DNA of 64,000 nt from a virus. A program made the position numbers and the translations under genes. The stretch is taken from positions 1-64,000 of the IMG/VR virus record IMGVR_UViG_3300045988_171958; one strand, 5' to 3'. This document shows positions 60,206 through 64,000 of this stretch, one piece after another. The notes beneath the pieces were generated by a model that had not been told where the DNA came from, ran no database searches, and was given only the letters and a program-made list of their open reading frames with translations. The number at the start of each line of letters is the position of its first letter. Position 1 is the first letter of the stretch.

Positions 60206-60967
60206 ATGGCACGAAGATGTAACAAGTCACCAAAATACATGTCTGAATATGAACATGATTTGACATGGATGGCAATGAGATATGCCATCGGAAGACATAC
60301 AATTGCTGCACATTCTATTTGTTGTGATATGGGAAAGAATGTTTATGGGAGATTATCACAGAGGGATTGTGAATTCTTATCTTCTGATATTCGGAGAGAG
60401 ATTGCAATGAAATTAGGATGCTATCCATTCAATTTTGTAATGAGTTATGATATTCCAACAAATTCTGATGACTATAGACCATTGTCACGATTGATTGAAT
60501 GGATGATGGATAACAATATTGAAACCCCAGAAGACCTTACTATTTGGGATGAAATTAGATATAAAGGAAAGGATTTTTCTGGTAATTCATCATACGAAGC
60601 TACACAGATTGATGGACCTAAGCATTATGAGACTTCTGACTTTTTAGATATGCTTGAATGGGAGAACTTGTCAGATCTTCTTGATGTTAAGAATCATAAG
60701 TTTTGTATTGTACTGCAAAATGGTAAGATGGAATTTAACATTGTTGAATACTTTGAAACTTATGTAAGAGAATCATATAAGTCTTTGACATTCAAGAAAG
60801 TTAAGGTACCAGTTGCGGAGTACTCCAAGAATCCTTATGTACTTCCTACTATTGATCCCCATACTATCATCGAGGCAGATCTTACAAAGGAACAGATTTA
60901 TGCAAAACAGAAGGAGTTAGAGAAGAAAGGCAATGTTGTAGAAATGCCAAGTTTGAAATACAGTTAA
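60206..60967 (+). CDS. Hypothetical protein
   Basis: 253-aa ORF. Confidence 0.75.
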   Translation: MARRCNKSPKYMSEYEHDLTWMAMRYAIGRHTIAAHSICCDMGKNVYGRLSQRDCEFLSSDIRREIAMKLGCYPFNFVMSYDIPTNSDDYRPLSRLIEWMMDNNIETPEDLTIWDEIRYKGKDFSGNSSYEATQIDGPKHYETSDFLDMLEWENLSDLLDVKNHKFCIVLQNGKMEFNIVEYFETYVRESYKSLTFKKVKVPVAEYSKNPYVLPTIDPHTIIEADLTKEQIYAKQKELEKKGNVVEMPSLKYS

Positions 60968-60978
60968 AATATTAAAAT

Positions 60979-61347
60979 ATGTTAAATAAACTAAAGAATT
61001 TTTGGACAAAAATTTGTCTTGCATATTACATTATCAAAGCAGACAATAATCTTGTATTGACAGATTCTTGTTTCCATACATCAGTAAAGAATTTGGATAT
61101 CTTATCAGATGGACACCATTATATCTGTTTAGAAAATGCAGATGGTGGATTTGATATTTCATATATGATTCCATGGAATATGGGTAAGAAGTGCTTTACT
61201 ATTACTGTTTCAAGATTGAAAGGCGACAATGCAGGTGCTATAGCAGATGCAACACTTGATTTGTTGAACAATCATACAATGTCTGGTATGATTACAGGAG
61301 ATAGTAAGAATCAACCAAAACCAACAAACTATATTTCTTATAAGTAA
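60979..61347 (+). CDS. Hypothetical protein
   Basis: 122-aa ORF. Confidence 0.7.
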   Translation: MLNKLKNFWTKICLAYYIIKADNNLVLTDSCFHTSVKNLDILSDGHHYICLENADGGFDISYMIPWNMGKKCFTITVSRLKGDNAGAIADATLDLLNNHTMSGMITGDSKNQPKPTNYISYK

Positions 61348-61352
61348 TATAT

Positions 61353-61781
61353 ATGGCTACTATAGATGATATTAAAGAGGCAGTAAAGAATCATAACGAA
61401 GGTTTCTATCTTGATGATTATGAATTTGAATGGTCTGCAGTATCCGGAAGAAATACTTTGGTTATAACACCATTAAAGGGAGCACAGATCATATCGATGT
61501 ATGTTGATGCTAATGACAAACTTCATGCAATTGTTAAAGAAGAGCCTTATAAGCAATATAATCCTATCAATATTACTGTAAGAGTACAGAAATGCCCAAT
61601 TCCTGGTAAGGAATATAGTACAGAATTGAATCCAGATTTTAGTAAGGATAAGATTATTTTTACAATATTCAACAAGTGTGGATATCCGGAGTACTATGTA
61701 TATATGGACCTTAGGAATGAATATTGGATGAATGAATATAATTTAAAGAAAGCTAGTAATTTACTTGGTTCAATTTTTTGA
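61353..61781 (+). CDS. Hypothetical protein
   Basis: 142-aa ORF. Confidence 0.7.
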   Translation: MATIDDIKEAVKNHNEGFYLDDYEFEWSAVSGRNTLVITPLKGAQIISMYVDANDKLHAIVKEEPYKQYNPINITVRVQKCPIPGKEYSTELNPDFSKDKIIFTIFNKCGYPEYYVYMDLRNEYWMNEYNLKKASNLLGSIF

Positions 61782-61813
61782 AATTATTAAAGATTGTTCT
61801 ATATTATAATTGT
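61777..61813 (+). promoter_or_regulatory. Extended Bacteroidota-type promoter
   Basis: TTTGAAAT at 61777-61784 (overlapping the upstream stop), N12, then TTCTATATTATAATTGT at 61797-61813. Confidence 0.55.
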
Positions 61814-61833
61814 AATGATTAAAATATAAAACA

Positions 61834-62205
61834 ATGGAGACAATAAAGATTAAGAAAGCCAATGGTTCAGAAAAGACAGTTATATTGCCTGTACGTGGTA
61901 TGGTAGGTACTTTACATGTTGGATCTGATCGATATGTTGTATGTTGTAATGCTGTCATAAGTAACAAGAAAGTACGTCTTGTGAATATTTATGATATTAC
62001 TGAAGATAATAAAACCCAGTATATATATGAAAAGGATGGAGCAGAATACTTGACAGATGAAGCATTCAATAAGTTCGTACGTGGTGGAGAATTATATTCA
62101 TTAAGAAAGAATGGAACTTGGAGAGAGGTTGGAATTCCAACACGAGAATCATGTTGTATTGTGACGTTTGGACATGCCAATCCACATCTTGATCCTGACT
62201 TTTAA
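61834..62205 (+). CDS. Hypothetical protein
   Basis: 123-aa ORF. Confidence 0.7.
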   Translation: METIKIKKANGSEKTVILPVRGMVGTLHVGSDRYVVCCNAVISNKKVRLVNIYDITEDNKTQYIYEKDGAEYLTDEAFNKFVRGGELYSLRKNGTWREVGIPTRESCCIVTFGHANPHLDPDF

Positions 62206-62250
62206 TAAATAAAATAAATTAAATTAACAAATAAATAAAATTAAATAATC

Positions 62251-62661
62251 ATGGGAATTTTTGATATTTTTGGAGACGTTGTAAAGTTGACTGAGTCTGA
62301 TAATGTTACTAAGTTGAATGATGTTGATATGAGTAAAGTTACACAGGAAGAGTTTAATGATGCAATGGATTTTCTTGATGGTTTGAAGGATAATGACTTT
62401 GTAACATTGCTGATTGGTGATGAATATATTGACAACTTCAAGGAAGAACTTCAGACTAAATGGGATATGACTCATGAGTCTCCAGAGCCAGAACCTAAGA
62501 ATGTACCTACAGGTAATACTGTAGATTCACAGATTGATAAGTTGGTTGATGAGTATATGGGGTCACTTGATATTCCAGATAATTCACTCATGAAGAAATT
62601 GGTACCTATGGCAAAGGCATCTTATAAGAAGTTTGCAGAATTCATTTACAATCACGAGTAA
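62251..62661 (+). CDS. Hypothetical acidic protein
   Basis: 136-aa ORF. Confidence 0.7.
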   Translation: MGIFDIFGDVVKLTESDNVTKLNDVDMSKVTQEEFNDAMDFLDGLKDNDFVTLLIGDEYIDNFKEELQTKWDMTHESPEPEPKNVPTGNTVDSQIDKLVDEYMGSLDIPDNSLMKKLVPMAKASYKKFAEFIYNHE

Positions 62662-62664
62662 TTT

Positions 62665-62994
62665 ATGCTTGTAGTATCTGATTTAGAAAAAGCATTGACA
62701 AGATCTCTTGAAGAGGTCTTGCCATCTGCTTTAGAAGAAGGTTTCAAACATGTATTGCCATGTACTTCTAAAGCTGGAAATAAAGCTGCTAAAGAATTTG
62801 GTGAATCTATTACTAAAATGATTGCAGAACCTCTTGGGGTTAGAATGGCAAATGCAATAGATTATTATATCAAAAATGCTGATATATATGGGCAAATTAT
62901 AACAGTCGGTTCTCCTACAACACAAACTGCTAAAATTGAAAGTCCTAGTCCATTGACTAATGGAAAAGTACCAAATACTTTAGGTATTAAGTAG
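62665..62994 (+). CDS. Hypothetical protein
   Basis: 109-aa ORF. Confidence 0.7.
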   Translation: MLVVSDLEKALTRSLEEVLPSALEEGFKHVLPCTSKAGNKAAKEFGESITKMIAEPLGVRMANAIDYYIKNADIYGQIITVGSPTTQTAKIESPSPLTNGKVPNTLGIK

Positions 62995-63010
62995 AATATT
63001 TTATTGTATT

Positions 63011-63049
63011 TTTGAAATTTAAAATATAAAGGTTCTATATTATAATTGT
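63011..63049 (+). promoter_or_regulatory. Extended Bacteroidota-type promoter
   Basis: TTTGAAAT at 63011-63018, N14, then TTCTATATTATAATTGT at 63033-63049. Confidence 0.55.
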
Positions 63050-63064
63050 AAGATAAATATAATC

Positions 63065-63126
63065 AAATGTGTTGCAACACACATTTTAACAAGTAAAATT
63101 AACAAAAACATTTAAAAGTAAAATTA
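63065..63126 (+). promoter_or_regulatory. Candidate translational operator in the SSB 5' leader
   Basis: Hairpin AAATGTGTTG/CAACAC(AC)ATTT at 63065-63086, then an A/U-rich tract with the direct repeat AAGTAAAATTA at 63091-63101 and 63116-63126. The second repeat abuts the ATG. Confidence 0.4.
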
Positions 63127-64000
63127 TGGCAAACGAAAATTTGAATTCAGTTGAAAATGACATTCTTGGTTTTGACCCTAGTCAGTTGACAGTTTATCAG
63201 GAGCAACCACAGCAAACTTCAGGTGGAAATCCTAACATTTATCACCCAAAGCCAGCTCTTTCTAAGGCAGAAGATGGAGTTTACCGTTCTCAGATCAAGG
63301 TTATCTATAATCCATGGGATCTTCGAAACAGTATTCTTGAACAGCAATCTTATGCTTTGCAGGATAGCAATGGTTTCTTCTCTGTTGTAAGTTCATTGAC
63401 AAACAATGACAAGAATTGCCCAGTATTTAAGGCATGGAAGCAGTGTCATTTCTCTAAGGATGAAAAGATGCAGAAGCAGGCTTTGACCAAGGACAAGGGT
63501 GGACGTGGTTTGTTTGACAAGCGTTATGCACGTTATGCACTTATCCAGGTGATTGAAGACAATAACCAGCCGGATCTTGTAGGAAAGTACATGTTCTGGA
63601 AGCTTCCTAAGGCTATTTGGGAGACAATCAACGCTAAGATGGCTCCAAGCCCTGAGTCTAAGAAAGCTAGTATTCCTGTTATGGATTTCTTGTTTGGTCG
63701 TGCTATTGACCTTGAGGTAACACCAGGTCCAGATGATCCTAAAGCACCTGAGCGTAAGACTCGTGAGATTAGTTACAATACTTCAGAACTTACTGATGAT
63801 GTAGTTAGTTGTACTAATCCTGATGGAAGTCCATTGCTTGATGATGATCAGCAAGCTGTACTTGACCAGTACGTTGAGGAAATGACAAAGAAGGTTTGGA
63901 AACAGAAGGATCCAGATGTTCGTGCTACAGCTCTTGCAGAAATCAATGCCGAAGAGAACACAAAGAAACTTCGTGAGTTGTATCATGGTGTAATTGAGAA
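63126..64000 (+). CDS. T4 gp32-like single-stranded DNA-binding protein (3' end outside the window)
   Basis: The ORF is open from ATG 63126 to the window end and is missing from the track because it has no stop. VGKYMFWKLPKAIWETINAKMAP compares with T4 gp32 [23 protein letters not shown]. It has an acidic, linker-like C-terminal part and GC-richer codon usage. Confidence 0.75.
   Translation, partial: MANENLNSVENDILGFDPSQLTVYQEQPQQTSGGNPNIYHPKPALSKAEDGVYRSQIKVIYNPWDLRNSILEQQSYALQDSNGFFSVVSSLTNNDKNCPVFKAWKQCHFSKDEKMQKQALTKDKGGRGLFDKRYARYALIQVIEDNNQPDLVGKYMFWKLPKAIWETINAKMAPSPESKKASIPVMDFLFGRAIDLEVTPGPDDPKAPERKTREISYNTSELTDDVVSCTNPDGSPLLDDDQQAVLDQYVEEMTKKVWKQKDPDVRATALAEINAEENTKKLRELYHGVIE

Noticed and set aside
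1-64000. Stop-codon reassignment (TAG or TGA recoding), as seen in some gut phages.
   Set aside because: All large genes, including ORFs of 1310, 1669 and 2279 aa, are uninterrupted under the standard code, and the gene ends use TAA, TAG and TGA.
1-64000. Assignment to crAss-like podophages because of the Bacteroidota signals and giant proteins.
   Set aside because: The gp25-like and Baseplate_J-like genes and a 2279-aa tape-measure-like protein indicate a long-tailed phage with a baseplate. No crAss-type RNAP or muzzle markers were recognised.

Overview
AT-rich window (roughly 30% GC by eye), densely coding under the standard code. It looks like part of a large tailed dsDNA phage of a Bacteroidota host. 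Host evidence: -33 TTTG / -7 TAnnTT-type promoters and an OmpA-family gene with a Bacteroidota-style signal peptide. Virion genes include a gp25-like and a Baseplate_J-like protein, a 2279-aa tape-measure-like protein, giant fibre-like proteins with BACON/Ig-like modules, and a fibre with 24 SHAEG repeats. Replication and recombination genes include a RuvC-like resolvase, a DinG/XPD-like Fe-S helicase, a ParB-like nuclease, an AAA+ ATPase and a T4 gp32-like SSB. Three things stand out. (1) A candidate DNA-hypermodification island at 48.6-57.0 kb, plus 33.7-35.7 kb. It combines a peptidase-U32-like protein translationally coupled to a chorismate-mutase-like protein, two T4 beta-glucosyltransferase-like proteins, an arabinose-5-P isomerase, HAD phosphatases, kinases and a sugar nucleotidyltransferase, and it is interrupted by a homing-endonuclease-like gene. 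(2) Four copies of a GC-rich structured ~95-105-nt element, each starting 0-2 nt after the stop codon of the last gene of a transcription module. (3) A 39-bp hairpin repeat found as a tandem array and as solitary copies at 3' ends. At least 13 copies of an extended promoter consensus sit on the + strand. All product calls come from motif recognition by eye, not from searches.
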